Source of the DNA: an uncultured Chloroflexia bacterium
GTDB taxonomy: Bacteria > Chloroflexota > Dehalococcoidia > GIF9 > UBA5629
DNA length: 64,000 nucleotides
Assembly (NCBI GenBank): GCA_963842805.1
Contig: CAWJIA010000011.1
Coordinates: 23,649 to 87,648 of the forward strand
Reading direction: 5' to 3'
In this document: positions 49,970-59,919 of the stretch, piece after piece
Numbering within the stretch: the stretch's first letter is position 1
Layout: each line of letters opens with the position of its first letter
The notes under the pieces: generated by a model
The model's database searches: none
What the model saw: only the letters and a program-made list of their open reading frames with translations
What the model was told of the DNA's origin: nothing
Translations under genes and position numbers: made by a program

Positions 49970-51181
49970 TTGAGTTTCCAAAATTTCAATCTCCATCCTA
50001 GCATCATGGCCGGCGTAGAGGCAGCTGGTTACACAACGCCCACGCCCATCCAGATGCAGGCCATCCCCCCGATTATGCAGGGCCGCGATATCATAGGCCT
50101 GGCGCAAACCGGGACGGGCAAAACGGCGGCTTTCCTGCTGCCCGCAATGCACCGCCTGTTGCAGCTTCCCAGGGGCAAGATAGGAGCCCTTATCATTTCT
50201 CCCACGCGTGAGCTTGCCGAGCAAACCTGCGAGGCAATCGACGACCTGGGCAAGAAAACCGGTTTAAAAAGCATAGCCATTTATGGCGGCGTCGGTATGG
50301 ACCAGCAGGTGCGCAGGCTGCGCAGCGGCGTAGAGATAGCTGTTGCCTGCCCGGGCCGGCTCCTGGACCACATCTGGAAGGGGACGATAGACCTGTCCAA
50401 ACTGGATATACTGATAATCGACGAGGCCGACCGCATGTTCGACATGGGGTTCCTTCCCGATATAAAAAGCATCCTGAAATGCGTGATGGAGCGGCGTCAG
50501 ACGCTGCTCTTTTCAGCCACTATGCCGGCGGATATCCGCAGGTTAGTGAAGGACACATTACGCAACCCGGTCACTATTCAAATCGGGCAATCGGCACCTG
50601 CCGACACCGTTTCGCACGCGGTATATCCGGTCAAGCAGCATTTAAAAACCTCCCTGCTGATCGAGTTCCTGCGGCAGAATGAAACCGACTCCGTGCTGGT
50701 ATTCACACGCACTAAGCGCCGCGCAGACCGCGTTGCCATGCAGTTGGAGAGGGCCGGCTTCCACGTGGCGCAAATACACAGTGATTTAGCCCAGAACAGG
50801 CGCCAGGCCGCGCTGGATTCGTTCCGTTCCGGATCAGTTAAAATCCTGGTAGCGACCGACATTGCCGCCCGCGGCATCGATGTCCTGAGCATTTCACACG
50901 TAATCAACTACGATATGCCGGAGAGCGTTGATGCCTATACACACCGCATAGGCCGTACGGGCCGGGTGGAACAAAAGGGCATTGCGTTGACTCTTGTTAC
51001 GCATGAAGATGCTTCCCTGATACGTGACATTGAGAACGTGCTGAATGCGCCGCTGGAGCGCATGACACTGGACGGTTTCAACTACTTGGTTCCTGCGCCT
51101 GCTATGACAGCCAGGCCGGCTGTTAACCGGTCCAACGGCCGACGCCCTTTCAGGAACCATGTTACGAGCGGGCGCAGATAG
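49970..51181 (+). CDS. DEAD-box ATP-dependent RNA helicase
   Basis: Q-motif (TPTPIQ), Walker A AQTGTGKT, DEAD (IIDEADRM), SAT, HRIGRTGR. Confidence 0.9.
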   Translation: MSFQNFNLHPSIMAGVEAAGYTTPTPIQMQAIPPIMQGRDIIGLAQTGTGKTAAFLLPAMHRLLQLPRGKIGALIISPTRELAEQTCEAIDDLGKKTGLKSIAIYGGVGMDQQVRRLRSGVEIAVACPGRLLDHIWKGTIDLSKLDILIIDEADRMFDMGFLPDIKSILKCVMERRQTLLFSATMPADIRRLVKDTLRNPVTIQIGQSAPADTVSHAVYPVKQHLKTSLLIEFLRQNETDSVLVFTRTKRRADRVAMQLERAGFHVAQIHSDLAQNRRQAALDSFRSGSVKILVATDIAARGIDVLSISHVINYDMPESVDAYTHRIGRTGRVEQKGIALTLVTHEDASLIRDIENVLNAPLERMTLDGFNYLVPAPAMTARPAVNRSNGRRPFRNHVTSGRR

Positions 51182-52810
51182 TTATCGATGTCCGGTTAAT
51201 AAAGTATTATTAGTTGAGCGTAATCGGATTGATGCATTCGCCGGATTGATCTTATATAACACTCGTTGAATATTTGGGACTCGAACAATTACGTATTTCG
51301 ATGCTCTTCCACGCTGCCTTCGCTTGTCTGTGCAAAGGCAAGTCTAAACATTTTGGGGTCAATTACAAATTCTTTTCCCGTACAACGGATCCAATCATTG
51401 ACCGCTTCTATCACGCCAAAGAGCATACCCGCATATCCCTGTATATAGGCCTCATTCACCTTATACATCCGTAGCAAGTTGGGCACTTGATGTGCCGAAA
51501 AATCCCCAAAATCGGCAACAACATATTTATCGCCTGTCAGGCGACTCAAAAGCAGATATCTTTGCAACTGATCTGAAGCTGGAGCGGACTTCCCACCTGG
51601 TAAAGTGACCTTTTGTAAGAGTTGGGGCCGGTCGCTGTTTCATATTACGCCCGCAATAGTTGAGGAGCATATTTTACGTAATGGCCTGGAAGAAGAGGAC
51701 GAAGATGCCCCCAATTTCTAGCGTAGATGTACAACAGATGAGTTGCTAAGATGTCTACTCTCGAATTTGTCATCGCAGCCCGTATTACGATCAAAGGGGG
51801 CAAAGGGTAAAATGCAAGGATACAAGGATATATTCCTGGAAAAGAGGGTAGGGAAAAATTAAAAAACGATCAAAAGGGCTAAAATGATTTTTAATATCTC
51901 CGTACCCCCTTTTATGGCAAGTATATCCTTGTATCCTTGTAAGCCACTCTCAGCCCACGATCGACAAGGATATCCCTTTTCGGCAAAATGATATCCCTGT
52001 CGATCCTTGTATCCTTGCATGTAAACAAATGTTTTGGGCTGGCAAAAAGATAGACTTAACGGATGAGTTACCCGTCAGATACTTCTGATAAAAGTACCGG
52101 TTTGAAGCTAATCTGCAGATGGAACGGTACTTCTTCCCTAGCAAAGTGATCTTGTGGAAGCTGACTTCCCACCTGGCAACGTCCCGAATCCGGAAACTGT
52201 GCGAGGGGTGGTAGGGTCGATGGACTGACCCACAGCCAGCAGACTATCAGGCTGGCAGGTAGCAGCGTGACAGGCACTATCCGGTTATGTTGGAGATGAG
52301 GGAGGCCCCGCCTACATCATACCATTCATTCTTCAGCTACTGATACAAAGAAGAGTGTTGGCTGTTAGGTTCAACGCGGGAGGATGATATGACTGATCTG
52401 AAATGTTCAAACTGCGACTGTAACACACCGCCGGATGCCGCCAGGCGTCCAAATTGCGAACGATACGCAAAGGGAGAGATAGGATGTCTCCGAAGAATAA
52501 TGTGAATAGCCTCGTCTTAACAAAGTGTGGCATGATAACGGCAACATGCAGACTTTAGTAGTATTCAATAATTTGATTATATATTAGATAACTATATTTG
52601 ATTATGTCGTGTAAATAAGAGTATTTTCAACAAATAAAAATGCTGGCGGAGGAAACTTGACAGATAATTCTATGTAGTTATACTATTTGTACTGAATGAT
52701 ACTAATGTTATGGCAATATGGTAGTTTCGACAATTTTAGCGAGTAAGCTTCATAGATAGCTCCATATAACGCCAAGATTCAAACTGAATGAAACTAATGT
52801 TGGGGACATA
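51182..52810. repeat. 1.6-kb repeat-dense non-coding region (direct repeats and CAAGGATA-type inverted-repeat cluster); possible decayed mobile element/MITE or regulatory array
   Basis: ~37-bp direct repeats gcaA(C/A)(T/G)TGATCT..GAAGCTG..GACTTCCCACCTGG at 51564-51600 and 52141-52176; perfect 18-bp inverted repeats CAAGGATACAAGGATATA at 51815-51832 and 51922-51939 with third inverted copy at 52002-52020; no convincing ORF. Confidence 0.5.
52657..52801 (+). promoter_or_regulatory. Putative promoter (TTGACA-16-TATACT) and two 19-bp direct repeats (ACTGAATGAWACTAATGTT) upstream of the TetR-GRE operon
   Basis: TTGACA 52657-52662, TATACT 52679-52684; repeats at 52691-52709 and 52783-52801 (1 mismatch), the second ending 9 bp before the GTG start of the TetR gene. 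Confidence 0.4.
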
Positions 52811-54004
52811 GTGATCGAACGCAAACGGGCTCCGATGCTGACCAGGCAGAATATTCTAAACGCTGCTTCCAGAGGAATGGCCCAGAATGGATACGAGGGT
52901 TCTAAGTTGAACGAAATTGCGCAAGAAGCAGGCGCGACAGAACCAACTATTTATCTGCATTTTAAAGGAAAGGAGAGTCTGTTGTTCTCTGTTGCTGAGG
53001 AACATATGGCTAGATACCTCCTTTTCCTTAACGAACACGAACAGGGGATCATCGGCGCTCATGACAAATTACGTAAACTTGTCTGGGCCCACCTGCGATA
53101 CAGCGATATAGACACAGAATTTATGCGTCTAGTTCTGTTTGACTGTAGAAACAACCGGAATTTTTATGAATCTGATGCCTACAAGCTGGTTCGTAAGTAT
53201 TCTGGAATTCTATCGTCCATTCTCGACGAAGGTATCAGGGAGAAAGTTTTCAGGTCGGACATGAACGTACCGCTGGTTCGGGACATTATTTTTGGCCTCA
53301 TGGATTACGAGGCGATCCAATATTTTGTAAGCAAAGAAAAGCCTAATGCTGTTTTGGACCTGGAAGATATTATGCAACTTCTCGATCAAATGCTTTTGCG
53401 CAAATACCAAATGGAAGATCAGCCTGCGGATAAAAGACAACGTATTCTTCAAGCAGCAGTCCAAGCTTTTGCCGAGAACGGATATGCCAAGGCGACCATT
53501 GCGGAGATCGCCCACGAGGCTGGTGTGGCGGACGGAACAGTTTATGAGTATTTCAAAAATAAGGAAGATGTTCTAGTCTATATTGCGGAAGAACGTTTCG
53601 CAGGACACCTAGAACAACTTAAACAGACTTTCAGCGGTAACACCCCTAGAAAGCTGTGGCTTTTAATGCTGAACCATTTTCAGCAGTATCTGGATGATCC
53701 GAATTTTGCCGTAGTCTTCTTAACCATGATTCAGTTTAACCGCCGTTTTTATCAATCACGCGCGTACATAAGCCAGCACAACTACGTGATCGAACTTGAA
53801 AAACTGATACAGGAAATCATCAATGAGGGAAGTCTGCAGAATATTAATATCAGGGTTTTTGGAAATATGTTTTTAGGAGCATTTAGCCATATGGCACTCC
53901 GGTGGTTTCTGGTAGATCGTGATCGAAATTTTGACAAGATGGCAGAAATCAAGGAGGTTGCTATACTTTTTTCAGATGCATTATCTCCCAAATTTAATTT
54001 ATAG
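52811..54004 (+). CDS. Tandem double TetR-family transcriptional regulator (two complete TetR HTH + ligand-binding modules in one polypeptide)
   Basis: 397 aa; two TetR_N HTH segments: ILNAASRGMAQNGYEGSKLNEIAQEAGATEPTIYLHFKGKESLL and ILQAAVQAFAENGYAKATIAEIAHEAGVADGTVYEYFKNKEDVL; GTG start. Confidence 0.8.
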   Translation: MIERKRAPMLTRQNILNAASRGMAQNGYEGSKLNEIAQEAGATEPTIYLHFKGKESLLFSVAEEHMARYLLFLNEHEQGIIGAHDKLRKLVWAHLRYSDIDTEFMRLVLFDCRNNRNFYESDAYKLVRKYSGILSSILDEGIREKVFRSDMNVPLVRDIIFGLMDYEAIQYFVSKEKPNAVLDLEDIMQLLDQMLLRKYQMEDQPADKRQRILQAAVQAFAENGYAKATIAEIAHEAGVADGTVYEYFKNKEDVLVYIAEERFAGHLEQLKQTFSGNTPRKLWLLMLNHFQQYLDDPNFAVVFLTMIQFNRRFYQSRAYISQHNYVIELEKLIQEIINEGSLQNINIRVFGNMFLGAFSHMALRWFLVDRDRNFDKMAEIKEVAILFSDALSPKFNL

Positions 54005-54041
54005 GACACTATCATAAAATGCTTAAAAGGGAAGAAATAAG

Positions 54042-56459
54042 ATGACAGTAGCGAAATCCAAAAAGGTTGAACACTTGGCTGAAAAGATCAGTATTAAGGC
54101 AGTACGCAACATTCGCAGGGGCCAGGAGATTGAAGAGGGGCAGGGGATTTATCGACCCGGTGTAAAGGTTTGCCCAGAGAGGAATGGTCTGCTGACCGAG
54201 TCCTATAAAACGACCGAAGGTGAACCGGCCGTGATTCGGCAGGCCAAGGCGCTTGAACATATACTCCTTAATATGACCATATATATTCGTGACTGGGATA
54301 AAATAGTAGGAAATTATGCATCATCGCCGGATGCAGTCTTCTGGCCGATTGAGCAGAACTGGAAGTCGGTGCACAGGCTGCTCCATGGTGAGGGAAGGTC
54401 TCTAATTGATGATGCGGGCAGAGAGAAACTCGACAGGCTTGTCGAGTATTGGGACGGAAAGGCGGTAAGTGATATAAGGAAAAGGGCGTTTGGCGGTTCC
54501 CCGGATCTTGAAAAGTACTGGAGATATGAAGGTACCATGTTATGGTCGCAATGGTCAGACCAGGGCGTGCCGAACTATGACAAAGTAATCAGCACCGGAC
54601 TTAATGCGATTATTAGAAAAGCAGAAGAAAGACTTAAGGAGTTAGGAACAAGCCTTCCTTCTGATTATATTCAGCAAAAGGATTTTCTGGAGGCAGTAAT
54701 CATTGCCCTGAGAGCAGCAATAAAATGGGCTGAGAGATACGCTATAAAGGCAGAGGAATTGGCGACAAAAGAGGAGGACAAGAAGAGGAAAAAGGAGCTC
54801 GAGGAAATTGCTCGTATCTGCAGAAAAGTTCCAGCAAACCCGGCATCTACCTTCCAGGAAGCTCTCCAGTCCTTCATTTTTACACACCTTATCGGGCATC
54901 AGATTGAATTTATCACCCTTGGATGCGGCCTCCGATTTGACATGACCCTGGAACCCTTTTTCCAGAAGGATATCGCCGAGGGTAAAATCACCAGAGATGA
55001 AGCGATTGAGCTGATTAAACACACCCGGATCCACCTTGAAGAGCTTGGCCAGATGTACTCCCCGACCACCACACAGGTTTACGGGGGGGTCCAGGTTCTC
55101 CAGTCCATTGTCATTGGCGGTGTTGACTCCGAGGGAAGGGATGTTACTGGAGAGACAAGCTACATGATCCTCAATTCTGTCCTGGAATTGCCAACCCTGC
55201 AACCGAGCATTGTCTTAAGAGTTCATGACGGTACTCCCAAAGAACTTATCCTCAAGGCGATCGATGTTATCAAGACAGGTGTCGGCTATCCGTCCCTTCA
55301 GAATGACAAGGCGCTTATTCCTCTGATGATGAAATGGAACTGCCCTCTCGAAGATGCAAGAAATTACACCATAAGCGGGTGCGTTTACCTTGATGTTCCC
55401 GGCAAGAATATTCTGCGCCGGAACGCAACCTACTTTTCTCTGCCCAAGTGCCTATGGTGGGCACTTCACCAGGGAGTCAATCCCAAAAACGGAGAGCAAT
55501 ATGGAGCCGCTACAAAGGATCCAGCCTACTTTGAATCTATTGATGATGTGATGGATGCCTACATTGAGCAGGTTAGATTCTTCATGGATAAACAGGTCAA
55601 AGTGGAAAATATCACAAGAGCCATATATGCCGAACGGTATCCGCGACCCTTTGAATCTGCATTGACCGATGGCTGTATTGAGCGCGGTCAGGATATGAGA
55701 AAGTGGCGATATCAGGGACGTGTCGAGAGTTTTTCAATATCCGTGGGGTTGACCAATGTGGCTGATTCGCTGGCGGCTATAAAGAATGTAGTGTTTGCTG
55801 AAAGAAGAGTAACCATGAAGCAACTGATCGAAATCATGGACAAAAACTGGGAAGGGCATGAGGAGTTACGTCTGATAATGCTGGCAGCACCCAAATTTGG
55901 GAATGACGATGATTATGTAGACATGATCGCCAACGACTTACATCATCGGACGGAAGAGGTGGTCGAACAGTTCTCAGATATTTATGGCTCCGCTTTTCAC
56001 CTAGATGGGAGTGCGGTTTCCGCCAGCTACGGCCTGTCTCTTGACACCCCAGCCACGCCGGACGGAAGAAAAGACGGAGACGGGTTTGCGGATGGGTCCA
56101 TCTCACCAATGCTTGGGATGGATGTCAACGGGCCGACCGCCGTACTGAAATCCTGCTCGAAGATAGATACACTCAAGACCTATAATCATCTGCTGAACCA
56201 GAAGTTTCTTCCCCAGTTTCTGGAAGGGAAAAACAGGGAAATCTTTTACTACTATATCAAGTCATGGGTCGATTTTGGAATCCCTCATATCCAGTTCAAC
56301 GTGATAGACAGGGAAACACTTCTTGATGCCCAAAAACACCCTGAAAAGCACAGCAACCTAATTGTAAGGGTTGCCGGGTACAGTGCCTATTTTGTAGATC
56401 TTTCCACAGGGCTCCAGGACCATATAATCGAAAGGACCGAGCAGGCGTTTGCAGGGTAA
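54042..56459 (+). CDS. Glycyl radical enzyme (PFL/glycerol-dehydratase superfamily), paralog 1
   Basis: 805 aa; C-terminal glycyl radical signature LIVRVAGYSAYFVDL; single-Cys loop ISGCVYLDVPGKN; ~55-60% identity to downstream paralogs. Confidence 0.85.
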   Translation: MTVAKSKKVEHLAEKISIKAVRNIRRGQEIEEGQGIYRPGVKVCPERNGLLTESYKTTEGEPAVIRQAKALEHILLNMTIYIRDWDKIVGNYASSPDAVFWPIEQNWKSVHRLLHGEGRSLIDDAGREKLDRLVEYWDGKAVSDIRKRAFGGSPDLEKYWRYEGTMLWSQWSDQGVPNYDKVISTGLNAIIRKAEERLKELGTSLPSDYIQQKDFLEAVIIALRAAIKWAERYAIKAEELATKEEDKKRKKELEEIARICRKVPANPASTFQEALQSFIFTHLIGHQIEFITLGCGLRFDMTLEPFFQKDIAEGKITRDEAIELIKHTRIHLEELGQMYSPTTTQVYGGVQVLQSIVIGGVDSEGRDVTGETSYMILNSVLELPTLQPSIVLRVHDGTPKELILKAIDVIKTGVGYPSLQNDKALIPLMMKWNCPLEDARNYTISGCVYLDVPGKNILRRNATYFSLPKCLWWALHQGVNPKNGEQYGAATKDPAYFESIDDVMDAYIEQVRFFMDKQVKVENITRAIYAERYPRPFESALTDGCIERGQDMRKWRYQGRVESFSISVGLTNVADSLAAIKNVVFAERRVTMKQLIEIMDKNWEGHEELRLIMLAAPKFGNDDDYVDMIANDLHHRTEEVVEQFSDIYGSAFHLDGSAVSASYGLSLDTPATPDGRKDGDGFADGSISPMLGMDVNGPTAVLKSCSKIDTLKTYNHLLNQKFLPQFLEGKNREIFYYYIKSWVDFGIPHIQFNVIDRETLLDAQKHPEKHSNLIVRVAGYSAYFVDLSTGLQDHIIERTEQAFAG

Positions 56460-56482
56460 GCAGTCATTAGGGGATTAACGAC

Positions 56483-57406
56483 ATGAGTTTTAACAACTCT
56501 GACAACAATAGCAAAGGGTTGGTATTCAACATCCAGAAGTATTCTCTTGATGACGGCCCTGGAATCAGAACGACGGTCTTTATGAAGGGATGTTCCCTGG
56601 CCTGCAAGTGGTGCAGTAATCCGGAATCAATAAATCGGAATCAAGAGACCATGACCCGTAACCTGAGATGTATCGCATGCGGAAAATGTGCGGCGGCCTG
56701 TCCAATTGTGGCGATCGCCTTTACAGACGGACACAGGGAAATAAACTGGGAGAGGTGCAACAACTGCCTTGAATGTGCCAGGGTATGCCCGGCAAAGGCT
56801 ATTGAATCTATCGGGCATTACATGACCGTGGAAGAAGTAATGAAAAAGGTAGAAGCTGACCGGACATTCTATGAAAATTCAAACGGCGGAATGACAATAT
56901 CGGGCGGTGAACCACTTGTTCAGCCGAAATTTGTCAGAGACCTGTTTAAAAATTGTCGGGAAAAAGGAATCCATACCACCTTAGACACCACCAGCAACGC
57001 ACCGTGGCAGGACATAGAGAACGTCCTCGAGTATGTTGACCTTGTTCTTCAGGATATCAAGCACATGGACACAGGGATGCATAAGAAAGGCACAGGTGTC
57101 GGGAATAAGCTTATACTTGAAAATGCCAAAAAAATCGCTATGCGGAAGAGGATATGGATTAGGATACCGCTTATCCCGGGGTTCAATGATTCGGAAGTAA
57201 ACATAAAAAAGACTGCTGAATTGGGATTAGATATAGGTGTGGAAAAAGTATCGCTGCTGCCATACCACGAGCTGGGGGCATCCAAATATCCGGCGCTAGG
57301 CCGGGTCTATCCGATGCAGGGAACCAAGCCTCCTGAGAAGAAAGTTATAGAAAAGATCAGAAAGACAATGGAATCATATGGGTTGAAGGTTGAAATCGGG
57401 AGGTAA
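56483..57406 (+). CDS. Glycyl-radical-enzyme activating enzyme (radical SAM, with ferredoxin-like insert)
   Basis: 307 aa; GIRTTVFMKGCSLACKWCSNPE radical-SAM CxxxCxxC, additional CIACGKCAAACP and CNNCLECARVCP clusters, GGEPL motif. Confidence 0.9.
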   Translation: MSFNNSDNNSKGLVFNIQKYSLDDGPGIRTTVFMKGCSLACKWCSNPESINRNQETMTRNLRCIACGKCAAACPIVAIAFTDGHREINWERCNNCLECARVCPAKAIESIGHYMTVEEVMKKVEADRTFYENSNGGMTISGGEPLVQPKFVRDLFKNCREKGIHTTLDTTSNAPWQDIENVLEYVDLVLQDIKHMDTGMHKKGTGVGNKLILENAKKIAMRKRIWIRIPLIPGFNDSEVNIKKTAELGLDIGVEKVSLLPYHELGASKYPALGRVYPMQGTKPPEKKVIEKIRKTMESYGLKVEIGR

Positions 57407-57440
57407 AAAATTTTCAAGAATTCTTACGGAGGGACAAAAA

Positions 57441-59888
57441 ATGAGTAGAGTAATGACTGAAAAAAGCACCGGGACACCGTGGCCGGAGCTTAGTGACGAT
57501 CTCCGCATGCTCAGACAGAATGTCTCGATCAAGGTGTCCAGGAATGTTCGGCAGGGGTATGAGAAAGATGAGCACAAACGGGGTATGTACAGAACAAGCA
57601 TCAAGCTGAATGTTGTAAGGAATCGCCTTTTGACCGAATCATACAAGGCTACGGAAGGCGAACCAATGGTCCTGCGGCGGGCAAAGGCCCTGGCCCACAT
57701 CCTGAGAAATCTGCCTGTTTATACTGTGCCCCACGAGCGCATTGTCGGCCATTCAGGAGCAACCCCGGATGAGCTTTATTATCCCATAGAGGTGAACTGG
57801 GAATCTGCCTGGCGGGCCATGAACTCCGATGACGCTCGCGAGATCCTGGATGATGAGGGACGCGCCGAGATGGAGAAGATTGTTGAATACTGGAAAGGCA
57901 AGACCCTGAGTGACCTGCGCAAGAATGCCTTTAAGGGAGACCTGGAAAAATACTTCAAGTTTGAAGGAACATTCCTCTGGTCCCACTGGGACGAAGGGGC
58001 CGTACCGAATTATGAAAGGCTGTTCAAAATTGGCCTGAAAGGTCTCAGAAAAGAGGCAGAGGAAAGGCTTCAGGAAGTGATTGACACCATTCCTGATAAT
58101 TACCTTGAACAGCATGATTTTTTGCAGGGCGTTTTGATCACTCTGGATGCAGCAGTGGATTTTGCCCGAAGATATGCGGAAAGAGCAAGAGAGGACGCTG
58201 CCAAGGAGAATGATCCAAAAAGGAAGAAGGAGCTTGAGCAGATCGCCAGAATTTGTGACCGGGTGCCTGAAAATCCGGCACAAACCCTGCACGAGGCCCT
58301 TCAGTTCTTCTGGTTTATTACCCTGATTAAGGGGCAACTTGAATTTGCAAACCTTACCCTCGGTAGCAGGTTTGATATTCTATTTAACCCTTATTACCAG
58401 AAAGATCTAGCTGAACGGAGGATTACCAGAAAGGAGGCTGTTGAGCTGATACAGCACCTGTTCGTACATTTCGAGGAGTCGGGGGAGTGGTTTTCTCCCA
58501 TGATCACCGGTATCTATGGAGGTGTCCAGCAGCTTGAGGGAATCACCCTGGGCGGTATTGACGAAAACGGACATGATGTCACCAATGATATGACATATAT
58601 ATGCCTTGAAGCAGCTAAGGGCCTCCGTCAGCTTCAGCCGACCATCGCCCTGAGGGTGCACAAAAACACTCCCAAGGAACTTCTTGCAGCAGCCACGGAC
58701 GTCATAAGAACCGGAGTCGGGTATCCCTCCCTGTTTAATGACGAGGCACTGATTCCTCTCATAAATAAATGGGGTACCCCCCTGAAGGACGCCAGAAATT
58801 ATAACGTGTTCGGCTGTGTGTACCTTGATATTCCCGGGAAAAACAATAATGCAAGGCGTGCATCAGGCTATTTTGTACTTCCGAAATGTCTGTGGTGGGC
58901 TCTGCACCGGGGCGTTAATCCAAAGACAGGCGAGCAATACGGTGCACGGACGCCTGACCCTGAAACCTTCACCGGCATCCAGGATGTTATTGAAACGTAT
59001 CTCGATCAGGTCAGATTCTTCTTCGGCAAGATGGTAAAGCTGGAGAACACCTCCCGAGGACTCTACCGGGAATATGCGCCCAGGCCTTTCCTGTCAGCCT
59101 TCCTGGACGGCTGCATAGAGCGTGGGCAGGATGCAAAGGAGTGGGCCGATACTACTTCCTCTATTAACGCCTTTAACATCATCATCGGTCCGACCAATGT
59201 GGCCGATTCCCTGGCTGCGATAAAGAAGCTGGTTTTTGATGACAAGGAATTGACCATGCGGGAGTTCATCGACATCCTGGATAAAAACTGGGAAGGTCAT
59301 GAAGATCTTCGCCAGAGGGTCATAAACCAGGTCCCCAAATTTGGCAATGATGACGACTATGTTGATCTTCTTGCCAAGGAGGTTCACGAACGTTCAGAAG
59401 CTATCTATCAGGAGTTTACCGATGAGCACGGTGCTAAATGGAGAGGTGACGGAAGCGGCGTATCTGCGACATATGGCCTTGGACCCGGAACACCGGCCAC
59501 ACCCGATGGTAGAAAAGACGGCGAGCCTTTTTCCGATGCTACCCTGTCGCCAATGCTTGGCCGGGATATAAACGGCCCCACTGCCGTTCTGGCATCATGC
59601 GCCAAAATCAAACCCCTTAATCAGCTTCTGAATCAGAAGTTCCTTCCCCAGTTTCTGGATGACGAGCATAAGGAACAGTTTATCAGCTACCTCAGGTCCT
59701 GGTGCGATATGGGAGTCCCTCATATCCAGTTTAATGTCGTGGACAATGCAACCTTGAGGGATGCCCAGAAACATCCCCAAAAGTACACCAACCTGATTGT
59801 AAGAGTTGCAGGTTACAGCACCTATTTCGTGGATCTCAGCAAAGGCCTGCAGAACCATATTATTGCAAGGGCAGAACAGCAGTTTTAG
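57441..59888 (+). CDS. Glycyl radical enzyme, paralog 2
   Basis: start at ATG 57441 (MSRVMTEKS, RBS ggaggga) by analogy with paralog 3; Cys loop FGCVYLDIPGKNNN; C-terminal RVAGYSTYFVDL. Confidence 0.85.
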   Translation: MSRVMTEKSTGTPWPELSDDLRMLRQNVSIKVSRNVRQGYEKDEHKRGMYRTSIKLNVVRNRLLTESYKATEGEPMVLRRAKALAHILRNLPVYTVPHERIVGHSGATPDELYYPIEVNWESAWRAMNSDDAREILDDEGRAEMEKIVEYWKGKTLSDLRKNAFKGDLEKYFKFEGTFLWSHWDEGAVPNYERLFKIGLKGLRKEAEERLQEVIDTIPDNYLEQHDFLQGVLITLDAAVDFARRYAERAREDAAKENDPKRKKELEQIARICDRVPENPAQTLHEALQFFWFITLIKGQLEFANLTLGSRFDILFNPYYQKDLAERRITRKEAVELIQHLFVHFEESGEWFSPMITGIYGGVQQLEGITLGGIDENGHDVTNDMTYICLEAAKGLRQLQPTIALRVHKNTPKELLAAATDVIRTGVGYPSLFNDEALIPLINKWGTPLKDARNYNVFGCVYLDIPGKNNNARRASGYFVLPKCLWWALHRGVNPKTGEQYGARTPDPETFTGIQDVIETYLDQVRFFFGKMVKLENTSRGLYREYAPRPFLSAFLDGCIERGQDAKEWADTTSSINAFNIIIGPTNVADSLAAIKKLVFDDKELTMREFIDILDKNWEGHEDLRQRVINQVPKFGNDDDYVDLLAKEVHERSEAIYQEFTDEHGAKWRGDGSGVSATYGLGPGTPATPDGRKDGEPFSDATLSPMLGRDINGPTAVLASCAKIKPLNQLLNQKFLPQFLDDEHKEQFISYLRSWCDMGVPHIQFNVVDNATLRDAQKHPQKYTNLIVRVAGYSTYFVDLSKGLQNHIIARAEQQF

Positions 59889-59919
59889 CGCATAAATAAA
59901 AGATGAAGCGAGGACGAAA

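Noticed and set aside
57753-58337. 194-aa minus-strand ORF inside GRE paralog 2, with similar antisense ORFs at 59595-60203, 62068-62652 and 62945-63757 inside the other GRE copies
   Set aside because: These lie antisense to strongly supported GRE coding frames. They are repeated only because the GRE genes are duplicated, and have no RBS or family similarity. Treated as shadow ORFs.
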